The position numbers and the translations under genes were made by a program. This document shows, piece by piece, positions 12,736 through 21,951 of a stretch of DNA of 64,000 bases. The DNA comes from a bacterium (GTDB lineage Bacteria; SAR324; NAC60-12), in contig CBDBHR010000028.1 of NCBI GenBank assembly GCA_965205865.1, positions 384,001 through 448,000 of the forward strand. The letters are read 5' to 3'. How positions within the stretch are numbered: position 1 is the first letter of the stretch; each line of letters starts with the position of its first letter. The notes below the pieces were generated by a model. The model made no database searches. It saw nothing but the letters and a program-made list of their open reading frames with translations, and had not been told where the DNA came from.

Positions 12736-12958
12736 ATCTACCTGCTTGCGGAATCTTTTCTATATTGTGCCGGGACAACTGCCACAAAGGGTCTTCATCG
12801 GGAATCATTCGTACAACTCGCGAAATCGTAAGAAGCCCATTGGCTAAAAAATTGCTTGTTTACTAATTTACTATTTTTTTCAGAAGGAAATGGATGTATC
12901 CGGGCGACTTATGCGATCAGGAATGGTCTGATGAAATCGAATGGGGAGTGAGCGACCA

Positions 12959-13882
12959 ATGAACATTTTTCAATTTCCGGATACTAAATCCGCACAACAA
13001 TTTTTGGATTCTTTTTGCGAACATCCTCCGATTATTACTGCTGCTCAACTTACAAAAATCAAGATACCGATCGACGCAGAAAAAATCGGAAGCGTCCGAC
13101 TCATAGATGCCAATATCTTCACAGATTACCAAACCTTAAATCGGATTCTCTATGGATCACGGAGAATAAAAGAAAGCAATGAGACTCCTACCATGGCGAC
13201 ACGTACGGCTTGGTCTTTTGCAGGAGCAACTGCTGAGAATTTTAGTGAACATGTTCGACGTTCCATCCCATTCTATGAAGTCGGGCATGATCTCGTATGT
13301 AGGCTCAGTGATTTTTTCGTCAAACCAGATACCGTTGTCTATGAGATTGGCGTTTCAGTGGGAGATTTATTGATAAAACTGGTGCAACATCATCAAGATA
13401 AATCACAATGCCAATGGGTGGGGTTGGATCTCGAGAAAAACATGATCAAAAAAGCCCAAGAAAAATTTGAAAGAGGAAGAAATGTTTCTTTGAAAGTCGC
13501 CGATATTGTTTTGTATGATCTGGAACCCACGGACTTGGTGGTTTCTTATTATTGCATTCAATTCATATCTCCAAAATGGAGGCAACAGGTGATTGACAAA
13601 ATATACAATGCCCTGAATTGGGGGGGAGCCTTTATTTGGTTTGAGAAAGTGAGAGCATGCGATGCCAGATTTCAAGACATCATGACAACTTTATACACGG
13701 ACTACAAATTGGAACAACGGTACAGTGCTGACGAGATTATTGCCAAAACACAAAGCCTGAAAGGAGTAATGGAACCGTTTTCCACACAAGGTAATCTGGA
13801 TTTGCTGAAACGGGCAGGATTTGTTGACACAATCACTGTTTTCAAGTACTTATGCTTTGAAGGGTTATTGGCCATCAAATGA
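12959..13882 (+). CDS. CmoA-like class I SAM-dependent methyltransferase with possible N-terminal extension
   Basis: WSF...FSEHVRRSIPFY, YEIGVSVG, GGAFIWFEK; start at 12959 or 13193 uncertain. Confidence 0.8.
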   Translation: MNIFQFPDTKSAQQFLDSFCEHPPIITAAQLTKIKIPIDAEKIGSVRLIDANIFTDYQTLNRILYGSRRIKESNETPTMATRTAWSFAGATAENFSEHVRRSIPFYEVGHDLVCRLSDFFVKPDTVVYEIGVSVGDLLIKLVQHHQDKSQCQWVGLDLEKNMIKKAQEKFERGRNVSLKVADIVLYDLEPTDLVVSYYCIQFISPKWRQQVIDKIYNALNWGGAFIWFEKVRACDARFQDIMTTLYTDYKLEQRYSADEIIAKTQSLKGVMEPFSTQGNLDLLKRAGFVDTITVFKYLCFEGLLAIK

Positions 13883-14108
13883 ATATTCAATCAGCCTGAA
13901 GCCGGAATTTGTACAGGAAAAATCTCTCCCGCATCGATACCTTCCTCAATCGGAATAAAAACCGGTACGATAAAATAAATTTTAATTGAATTCTACCATT
14001 GAGAAATTCCGAAAAACCGGAGGCTCTGAACAGAACCATATTCCTGATTTTGCCCCGGTTGTCCATTTGAAACCATAATTGTCTGATAACCTCGCAACGT
14101 GAGTTGCT

Positions 14109-14933
14109 ATGCCCCGCGCCAGTGTGATCATTCCGACATACAATCGAGTTGGTTGGCTTGCTCATGCAATTGATTCCGTGCTGTTACAAACTTGCAAGGA
14201 CCGGGAATTGATTGTTGTGGATGACGCATCCACAGATGAAACAGCAGAATTGCTCTCCCGTTATGGCTCGGCATTGCGGACAATCACTCTTTCCCCGAAT
14301 CAGGGAGTGAGCGCCTCCCGCAACGCCGGTATTCAAAATTCAGAAAGCCCCTGGATTGCCTTCCTCGATTCGGATGATCGCTGGCTTCCCCAAAAACTGG
14401 AAAAGCAGGTACAATATCAGCAGCGGCATCCCCAATCTCAAATCCTTTTTACCGACGAAATCTGGATCCGTAACGGGAAGCGCGTCAATCCGGGAAAAAG
14501 GCATCAAAAGCGTGCAGGATGGATTTTTCAGGCCAGTCTCTCTTTGTGCTTGATGGCACCCTCTTCAACCATGATTCGAAGGAATGTTTTTGAGACTACC
14601 GGCCTGTTCGATGAGAGTTTACCGATTTGTGAGGACTATGATCTCTGGTTGAGGATGGCCGCGCGATTCCCGGTTTATTTGTTGAATGAAAAACTAATGA
14701 TACGCTACGGGGGGCACAAAGACCAATTGTCTTCCCGATGTTGGGGAAACGATCGCTATCGAGTACGCGCGCTGCAGAAAATAATTCGTACTGTTCCCTT
14801 GAGACCACAGGATCGGGACGCTGCCGTGGCCAAACTGATTGAAAAATGCGGGATATTGAGACAAGGATATCAAAAACGCGGCAAGCTGCGAGAGGCTGCC
14901 TATTACCAGCAAATTATCGAAGAACATAAATGA
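14109..14933 (+). CDS. glycosyltransferase family 2
   Basis: SVIIPTYNR, VVDDAS, FLDSDD, EDYDLW. Confidence 0.92.
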   Translation: MPRASVIIPTYNRVGWLAHAIDSVLLQTCKDRELIVVDDASTDETAELLSRYGSALRTITLSPNQGVSASRNAGIQNSESPWIAFLDSDDRWLPQKLEKQVQYQQRHPQSQILFTDEIWIRNGKRVNPGKRHQKRAGWIFQASLSLCLMAPSSTMIRRNVFETTGLFDESLPICEDYDLWLRMAARFPVYLLNEKLMIRYGGHKDQLSSRCWGNDRYRVRALQKIIRTVPLRPQDRDAAVAKLIEKCGILRQGYQKRGKLREAAYYQQIIEEHK

Positions 14934-15934
14934 TTGATTTGAAATGGTCCTTTCGGGATATTCCCCTGGATTGGATAATCGTGAAAGACTCGCCCTATGA
15001 CTGGAAAATCACGCAAGCGGATCAACTCCTTCGGCAATCCCTGGAAATAAATGGAATCCTCATGCCTCTGATCGTGCAGGAGATCGGAAATAAGCAATTT
15101 TATTTGGTGGACGGATTCAAACGCATGAGCATAATTCCACGCTTGAGAATCAAAACCTCTACCCTTTTTCATTGCCTTGTCATCGCGCCTGATGTTTCTT
15201 TTCGTGAATTGATACTCTGGCGTTTGGAAACCGAAGCGGAACAACACCCCTTCAAAGGCCTGGAAATTTGCCGAATTTTGAAGCTGCTGTTTGAAGAGGG
15301 AATTGAAGAATCACAACTTACTAAGCAGGTTTTGCCGCGCTTGGGATTGAAACCTTCCCGCAAAATAACACTGGATTTACTGAAATTGGCAGAAATATTG
15401 GATTTGGAGGAAAGGGCTTGTCTGGAAAATTATACGGCAGAAGATTTGCTGCCTCTGATGAAATTTTCCGGGGCGGAGATTCGCTTGCTCGTCCGGCATC
15501 TGAAAGATTTCGAGTTGGGGGGTAATAAATGGAAAAGCCTGCTGCAACTCATTCGCGAAGTGAGTCGTCTGCGAGGTTGGACGTTGGTAGATATGATGGA
15601 ATCCCCGGAGATTGTTCGTATTATCCAAGAGGAGCGCATGCAGTCGCCCGTGCGTTTTCGTATGCTCAAACAAAAACTGGAATCCTGGCGTTTCCCGGAA
15701 TTGACCGCTTCTCAAAAAGAATTTGAACACTGCCTGCAACAACTTCAAATACCGGCCCGTACCAGCGTCCACTATGATCCTTTTTTTGAAAAGGATGATA
15801 TGCTCCTCAAACTCCAAGTGGGTTCCCTGGAAGAGTTGACCGGGCAACTGAGGGCATTGCAGCAGAGTGCCATGCAGCATACGGAATGGAAAAAAATGTT
15901 CCAACTGCTCCATGGTCAGTGCTCGAAAATCTGA
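14930..15934 (+). CDS. ParB/Sulfiredoxin N-terminal domain protein
   Basis: SLEINGILMPLIV...YLVDGFKR ParB-like motif; ATGA overlap with the GT2 gene. Confidence 0.7.
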   Translation: MIDLKWSFRDIPLDWIIVKDSPYDWKITQADQLLRQSLEINGILMPLIVQEIGNKQFYLVDGFKRMSIIPRLRIKTSTLFHCLVIAPDVSFRELILWRLETEAEQHPFKGLEICRILKLLFEEGIEESQLTKQVLPRLGLKPSRKITLDLLKLAEILDLEERACLENYTAEDLLPLMKFSGAEIRLLVRHLKDFELGGNKWKSLLQLIREVSRLRGWTLVDMMESPEIVRIIQEERMQSPVRFRMLKQKLESWRFPELTASQKEFEHCLQQLQIPARTSVHYDPFFEKDDMLLKLQVGSLEELTGQLRALQQSAMQHTEWKKMFQLLHGQCSKI

Positions 15935-16129
15935 AACCTTTTTTTAAAAAAGAGTATCGGGATTCACTCGTTTCGTGAAAGTATTTGAATATGTTCGGAA
16001 AATCTTATAAGAATATTGACCGGATGTCTGATCCGGTATTTGAATCAAAACAGGCGATCGATACATGTCTTGCAGACAATTACAGCTTTGTTGCCTGAAT
16101 GAAGTTCTGATCAAAGTAGTTTCGATTCC

Positions 16130-16711
16130 ATGAAAACGGACAAAGACGCAACACGGGATGTGGGAAATTGGGCAGACGAATATGGTGACATGCTTTTTCG
16201 TTTTGCCCTCGTTCGTGTTGGCGACGAAAATGTAGCGGCTGACGTGGTACAAAATACGCTACTGGCCGCCATGATCGCCAAAGATTCTTTTCTGGGTAAA
16301 TCCACGATCAAAACCTGGTTGTTGGGGATTTTGAAACACAAGATCATGGACCATTTTCGACAAAGGCGAAAGGAAAACCTGATCACGGATACGGAATTAG
16401 CCAGTCTGGGAAACCCGGAATTCACGCCTGAAGGGATGTGGCGGGAAAAACCCCGGGAATGGAATTTCACGCCGGAGCAGGTCCTGGAGAACGAGGAGGC
16501 GCGCCAGATTTTATGGGAATGCATCGATACGCTTCCGGAGCGGATGCGCCTGTTGTTTATTCTTCGTGAGATCGATGGCGAGAGTACCACAACGATTTGT
16601 GAGCGAATGAATCTATCGGCTTCCAATTTTTCCGTAATGCTCTTCCGTGCCCGCCACAAACTCCGCAAAGAATTCAGCATCCGTGGGGTCAAAGTCCTCA
16701 ATATGCTCTGA
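16130..16711 (+). CDS. ECF sigma-70 factor
   Basis: AADVVQNTLL, TWLLGILKHK, LFRARHKLR. Confidence 0.9.
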   Translation: MKTDKDATRDVGNWADEYGDMLFRFALVRVGDENVAADVVQNTLLAAMIAKDSFLGKSTIKTWLLGILKHKIMDHFRQRRKENLITDTELASLGNPEFTPEGMWREKPREWNFTPEQVLENEEARQILWECIDTLPERMRLLFILREIDGESTTTICERMNLSASNFSVMLFRARHKLRKEFSIRGVKVLNML

Positions 16712-16804
16712 TACCATCTCGCCACCACAAACTCTTTGACCCGTCAACGCCGATCTCGCCGGAGACCGTTTATGAGATCGTCAGTGATTATGCCTCTCCG
16801 AAGA

Positions 16805-19579
16805 CTACAACCGTTCGATACGGACTCCGTCACCGAGTTCGAGATCATCCAGAATCTGCTTCAGTTCCATTTCCATGTTCCGCGCAAACTGTGAATCGAC
16901 GCTTACCGAAAGCTCGATACCCACCCTGAGATCGTCTCCCGAACGCAGCTTAGGCAGGATTTTGGTTCCCAGCCGGTTCCAGACTTCGGGGGGCACGGTG
17001 CCGGCAAGCCGGAGCTTTGTTTTCCGACCTGCCTGCAGCGCGCAGGCGGCAGACGAATTGTCCGCAACCGGTTCAGAGTCGGGTACCGGCTGCTGTTCCG
17101 GACCGGGTGGTGGTTGCGTATGTGGCGGATCTCCGGGTGTCGCTTTGAGCGCTTCGGCTCTGGCCTTGGTCACCAGGAAGACGTTCGTCTCGAAAGCCAC
17201 CTCTTCCACATGGACCGGCTCCGCGTACCAAAGTCGCTCGAAGCTACCATCGTCCCCGGTACCGGATGCCAGGCCGAAGTCGCCGCGAGCCACGAACTCG
17301 ACGACCTGCCGGCGCAGGATTGCGTCGGGATCGATCAACCTCGTCAATGCTCCATTGAGAAAGCTCTGACGCAGACTGGTTAGAGGCCAGGCCCCGCTGT
17401 CTTTGAATGCGGGTGGCCAATGGCGGTCAATGTAACCGGCACCCACGTTTTCGTTGAGCAGGGCTTCGGCCTTCAACGCGGCAATGATCCGTCCACAAAG
17501 CGTTTCGCTGGCGCTGGAATGCCCGGCTCCGAGATCGATGATCCTCAATCCCCGCTTCTCCTGCCTGTCCCCCAGCGCTATGAAGCGATAGCTGGCCCAC
17601 ACTTCCTCCCTGGCTGCTTCAAGGGAGTCTCTGACCCATGCCTCGACTTCCCGGAGATCTGCGCGCTCATATTCAGTGCCGAGAACTCCCTGGGATACCT
17701 CGTACCTCACGCGTTTCCAGGCGAGCCACAACTCGACCTTCCGGCGAAGCTCCCGCCCCGGTTTCCTCACGCACCAGACCAACGAGCCCGGGTACAGCCT
17801 AGGCGAAGTGCCACGTTCCCTGGTCCAATGGCCAATGCGTTCCGCGATTTCGCCGTCGTCCTGCCATTCGGTTTCGGGATCGAGAACGATCAGGGAGAGT
17901 CGCGGAGAATCCTGGACCGCGGCGCTGTCCTCCAGGAAGAAAGCAAGCGGGAGGCTCGTCCCGGATTTGAACTCGCTCTCGACGAGCTTGCGTACCGCCG
18001 GATTTATTTCCGTTTCTTCGTCCAGGGAAGCCTGCCGGTCACTGACGACTTTCTTCAATGTCGCCTGGTGGTGGATGCGATAGCCGTCCGTGCCGACCTT
18101 ACGAATGAAGAACCCGGACGTCTCCAGAGCCGTTGCGGCGTTATCGATGGTGGTGGTCTCGACCTCGGGTTCGCCGAGGGCGAAGCGCAATTCCGGCAGG
18201 TGCGCCACCTTGTCCACCTGTCCGCCGGAGGACTCGAACAGGATGGCCGCTCCCACGCGGCGATGGACGTCTCGCAGAGCTCCCGAAGTATCCACGTCCA
18301 GGGATCTGGCATGCGCTATCGGTCCCGCGATGTCGGCATCGATGGCAACGTCGAGCCGGGTTTCACCCAGCTGACCTAGGACCACGGCCCGGAACTCGGG
18401 TACGTCCAAGGGAGCCGATCCCAGCGTAATCAGTGGCTCGTTGCGCGCTTTGTGGAATTGCTCGCGAGCCGCCCGGGAAATCCATTGCGCCAGCATGGCC
18501 AACGCCCCCCGGGTCTGCTGGAATTGGGCCAGGGCGCGCCATTTCCGTTGAAAGACCGAAAGGGTCGCGGGGTGGAAGGGATAGCAAGCCTCGAACCGGC
18601 TCCTTAAAAATTCTCTGGCGCCGCTTTCCGTTGTTGCCGTGTCGACTGCCAGCCACTCCGGGGGAAGACGGTTGGATCGTTCGAAGCACCAGTCCGCATA
18701 GCTCCTGGCAACCTTCCTGCGTACGCGAACGTTTCCGAGATCCTGGAACAGCCGCCGGCGCACCACCTCGCTGATTTCGGATTCGTCATTGGCGATCAGG
18801 TCTTGGGCTACGCGGCGGATCACTTTGGTGATCCGCTCCTGCCACTGCCGGTCCCAATCGGTCATTTCGACCTGGCTGCGTGGCAGGCTGATCACCGCGG
18901 CTGCCCGCGTGGTTCCAGTGATGGCTACGGTCAGGTTCTGCATGAAAGCGTGGAAGCTTTCCGCCATATCCCGGTGGCGATTGATAAAGTTGAGCACCTC
19001 GTCGAAGAGTAACAGTACGGGCGCTTCCGCGGCCCTGAAGACGTTTCCCAGCGCCTCCGTGCCCGGCGGAGTATTATGCGCAGCGCTACCGAGCGCGGCA
19101 ACTCCGCGATCACCGGCCAGTTGACGAGCCAGATCAATCCAGGGAGTCTCCCGTCCCTCTCTCGGGTCCCAGGCATTGCCGACGAACACTGCGACGCGAG
19201 TGGAGGGGATTTCCGTTATTCCGGCCTTCTTCAGGAGGTCCGACACGCCGGGGATTTTGAGGCTGTCCGCACCGGCGTTGGCCAGGTGGTAGAGCGCGGT
19301 GAGCGCGTGCGTCTTGCCACCACCGAATTGAGTAACCAGAGTGAGGACCGGGGCCGTGTTCCCGGTTATACCGGAAAGGCGCCTCAGCGTCATGCCCGCA
19401 TGCTCCCGCAAGGCGCGCGTGAAGCAGGTGCGGGAAAAGAACTGCGCCGGGTCACTGTAATCTTCAGGTGCGGTTCCGGCGACTACCTGCTCGAGGGCGA
19501 TGGCAAATTCATCCGGACTGAAGGAGCGACCTTCGCGTACCTCTTCGCGGAGGGTAACATTTTTGTACCAGGGTTGCAT
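16805..19579 (-). CDS. DUF499-family AAA+ ATPase (core of restriction-like system)
   Basis: LVTQFGGGKTH Walker A, LLFDE Walker B, YPFHP, FQQTRGAL. Confidence 0.9.
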   Translation of the reverse strand: MQPWYKNVTLREEVREGRSFSPDEFAIALEQVVAGTAPEDYSDPAQFFSRTCFTRALREHAGMTLRRLSGITGNTAPVLTLVTQFGGGKTHALTALYHLANAGADSLKIPGVSDLLKKAGITEIPSTRVAVFVGNAWDPREGRETPWIDLARQLAGDRGVAALGSAAHNTPPGTEALGNVFRAAEAPVLLLFDEVLNFINRHRDMAESFHAFMQNLTVAITGTTRAAAVISLPRSQVEMTDWDRQWQERITKVIRRVAQDLIANDESEISEVVRRRLFQDLGNVRVRRKVARSYADWCFERSNRLPPEWLAVDTATTESGAREFLRSRFEACYPFHPATLSVFQRKWRALAQFQQTRGALAMLAQWISRAAREQFHKARNEPLITLGSAPLDVPEFRAVVLGQLGETRLDVAIDADIAGPIAHARSLDVDTSGALRDVHRRVGAAILFESSGGQVDKVAHLPELRFALGEPEVETTTIDNAATALETSGFFIRKVGTDGYRIHHQATLKKVVSDRQASLDEETEINPAVRKLVESEFKSGTSLPLAFFLEDSAAVQDSPRLSLIVLDPETEWQDDGEIAERIGHWTRERGTSPRLYPGSLVWCVRKPGRELRRKVELWLAWKRVRYEVSQGVLGTEYERADLREVEAWVRDSLEAAREEVWASYRFIALGDRQEKRGLRIIDLGAGHSSASETLCGRIIAALKAEALLNENVGAGYIDRHWPPAFKDSGAWPLTSLRQSFLNGALTRLIDPDAILRRQVVEFVARGDFGLASGTGDDGSFERLWYAEPVHVEEVAFETNVFLVTKARAEALKATPGDPPHTQPPPGPEQQPVPDSEPVADNSSAACALQAGRKTKLRLAGTVPPEVWNRLGTKILPKLRSGDDLRVGIELSVSVDSQFARNMEMELKQILDDLELGDGVRIERL

Positions 19580-19581
19580 GG

Positions 19582-21279
19582 CTATTTCTCTGTATTGGTC
19601 GGGTTGAGCGACTCCGCGATGCGGTTGAGTTTCTCGGCGATCTCCGGGTGGATCTCATCCTTATGCATTTCACTGGCCAACAGGTACAAATCCTTCTTTA
19701 GCGTGCTCATGCCCGGATTCTCCAATACGGGATCCTCTAACAGCGGAACCAGGAATTCGGTGCTTGCTTTGACTCGCACGAGTGATACGTGATCTCCAAA
19801 GAGATCAGTGCCCGGTGGTACCTGCCTCCAAAACACGTCTTCGATTTTTTTCTCCATCAAAGGGAAATTCACGAATCGTTTGATGACCTCCGGTTGCAGG
19901 AGATAGTTTTCAATCTCGTAGCGACGCCAGCGTAAGACTGCCAGACCCGCGCGCGTCGTCTCCTCATCCGGCTCGTCTCGATTGTCACCATCGAGAAGGC
20001 AGAGCGCTCGCATCTCTGGAAAGACCGCATGCATGGCGAAGAAGTGCGCTCTCGCCTCGTTGAGACTGCGCCCGCCGAGCCAGTGGACAACGGCCCTTTG
20101 GAAGAAACGCTGAGCCGGATGATCGAGGATTCGCGACCATTCGGTCAGAATCTTTTCATCTGACTCTCCCTCGACGTAAAGCACGGCACCAACTTCCTTG
20201 GCAAGTAACAGATCGGTGGTGGTGACTCGCTTGAGCGCCTCGCGCAGCTGATCGCGCTGCGTTTTGCTGGAAAGCGGGCGTGGAGAGTGACCGAAGAAGC
20301 CGATCACCCGGGCCGGTTCCGTGGCATCGAGAACAACCTCGGAATGCGTAGCGACGACGATTTGCCCGCCGCGCTCGCGAGCGACTTTGCGGACCAGGTC
20401 GTACACCTGCTTCTGCAGGATGACGTGCTGGTGGGAATCGGGCTCATCAAGGAGGATCACCGTGGCAGGACGGGCATACAGAAACGCAAGCAGGAGAAGC
20501 ACTTGAAGCGTTCCACTCCCGACGTTGGAAAGGTCCAGCGGCCGTGTATGGTTTGGTTCCCGGTATTCGCAGACAATATAGGGCTGAGCCGGCGAATAGG
20601 ATGGCTGGAGCAATGTAAACCTGAAGAGTTCGTGAATGTATTTTTTCAGATCCTTCCAGCCTTCTTTGTTGGTTTCCGCGATTTCCCAGAGGAGATTTCG
20701 CAGAATCTCGCCCGGCCTCCCCTGGCCTACAAGCAGGTTCTGCATGCCTTGGTCACGGCGTGGTTCATCCCGTTCGATCCCCGAGAGCGGAGGAACGTGG
20801 ACGATATCGAGCTTCTCAGCAGCTGGTGGTGGAAAGTTGAGGATGGCTTCGCGATCGAGAGTTTTTGCTTGCTGAGGCCGCACGTAAACCAACTCCGGAT
20901 TGGCGTATTGAAACTCGAGACCACAGCTCCACGCCTCTCCGTTCGATTCTCCTTCGACGATGATTTCGATCAAACGTGGTATTCCGGGCCTCTCTCCGGA
21001 GACTCGCCGGTCCTCCCACAAAAGGTTCATCTCGCGGAGAGGCACAGGGGTAAAATCGGCGCGCGTGATAGCGACGCCGGATCGTCTGACTGCCTTGCTC
21101 TTCTTGTCTCCTTTACGTTGAGCAATCCAGCGGTCGAGCCCCAGCTTCCAGGTTACGATTCCCTGAAGCAAGGTGGACTTTCCCGCGTTGTTCGGACCGG
21201 CAAGGACGACGGAGTCGGCCAGCTCGAACGGGTGCTCACGAAATCGTTTGAAATTCTTGATTGTGACGCGTCGGATCAT
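19582..21279 (-). CDS. ABC-type ATPase fused to TOPRIM-like domain (OLD/PARIS-like nuclease)
   Basis: GPNNAGKS, LLDEPDSHQH, LYVEGESD, LLDGD, RRYEIENYL; likely start MIRRVTIKNF. Confidence 0.8.
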   Translation of the reverse strand: MIRRVTIKNFKRFREHPFELADSVVLAGPNNAGKSTLLQGIVTWKLGLDRWIAQRKGDKKSKAVRRSGVAITRADFTPVPLREMNLLWEDRRVSGERPGIPRLIEIIVEGESNGEAWSCGLEFQYANPELVYVRPQQAKTLDREAILNFPPPAAEKLDIVHVPPLSGIERDEPRRDQGMQNLLVGQGRPGEILRNLLWEIAETNKEGWKDLKKYIHELFRFTLLQPSYSPAQPYIVCEYREPNHTRPLDLSNVGSGTLQVLLLLAFLYARPATVILLDEPDSHQHVILQKQVYDLVRKVARERGGQIVVATHSEVVLDATEPARVIGFFGHSPRPLSSKTQRDQLREALKRVTTTDLLLAKEVGAVLYVEGESDEKILTEWSRILDHPAQRFFQRAVVHWLGGRSLNEARAHFFAMHAVFPEMRALCLLDGDNRDEPDEETTRAGLAVLRWRRYEIENYLLQPEVIKRFVNFPLMEKKIEDVFWRQVPPGTDLFGDHVSLVRVKASTEFLVPLLEDPVLENPGMSTLKKDLYLLASEMHKDEIHPEIAEKLNRIAESLNPTNTEK

Positions 21280-21401
21280 ACGGTACCTCCGTACGGCCAG
21301 TAGCATGACCGATTGACGGAAAATTCGTACGGGATGAATGCGCAACCCTCCCGGACCTCTTTGCGAAGGGTAACGTTTTTGTACCAGGGATCAAGGGTCA
21401 T
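21276..21401 (-). other. 41-aa linker ORF: diverged DUF499 5' start followed by a DUF1156 3'-end remnant
   Basis: MTLDPWYKNVTLRKEVREGCAFIPYEF has 18/23 identities to the DUF499 start; 21283-21306 encodes MLLAVRR in another frame versus the DUF1156 end MLLAVPK*; its stop overlaps the next ATG (ATGA). Confidence 0.8.
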
Positions 21402-21442
21402 GTTTTCTCCTGTTCACTTGTTGTTTGCCGACATTTCCGCAG

Positions 21443-21928
21443 CTACCCGACCCGGCACAGATCGTTCCTACCAAGCAATCTCCTGTGCGTAGATCTGAAT
21501 TCCTTGTTCGGGTTCTTTTCCGCCTTCGTTGAATAAACTTTTCCTCCCGGATTGTCTACCAGGTTCTTGTTCCTGAAGTCTTTTTGCAATTTTTCGTCAT
21601 TCGTGTACAGCAAACGGGCACCACTGAGCTGAGCCAGGGCAATAACATGCGCATCATTTGATTGGCATAGACCCTCATTTTTGAGTTGCTCTGCCCTATC
21701 GTTGACCTTTTGATCGTTCTCAGTTCTAAACATCCCAGAAAACTGGGCTTCTTTACGCCATTTTCTAAAGTAATCTGAACGGTTATCGAGCTCCACGAGA
21801 AGTTTGCCTCCGGCCACCAGCCGGCCACTTCTCCCCTTTTCGACCCACTCAAAAAATTTCTCCCCTGCCGGACATGGGCTGGAACTGAACACCTCATGGA
21901 CGACGTTTGTATCGACGATTGCGCACAT
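21443..21928 (-). CDS. PIN-like domain protein
   Basis: IVDTNV, NDAHVIALA, LYTND acidic motifs. Confidence 0.7.
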   Translation of the reverse strand: MCAIVDTNVVHEVFSSSPCPAGEKFFEWVEKGRSGRLVAGGKLLVELDNRSDYFRKWRKEAQFSGMFRTENDQKVNDRAEQLKNEGLCQSNDAHVIALAQLSGARLLYTNDEKLQKDFRNKNLVDNPGGKVYSTKAEKNPNKEFRSTHRRLLGRNDLCRVG

Positions 21929-21951
21929 TTCTCAGATCCTCACCAGCTATT

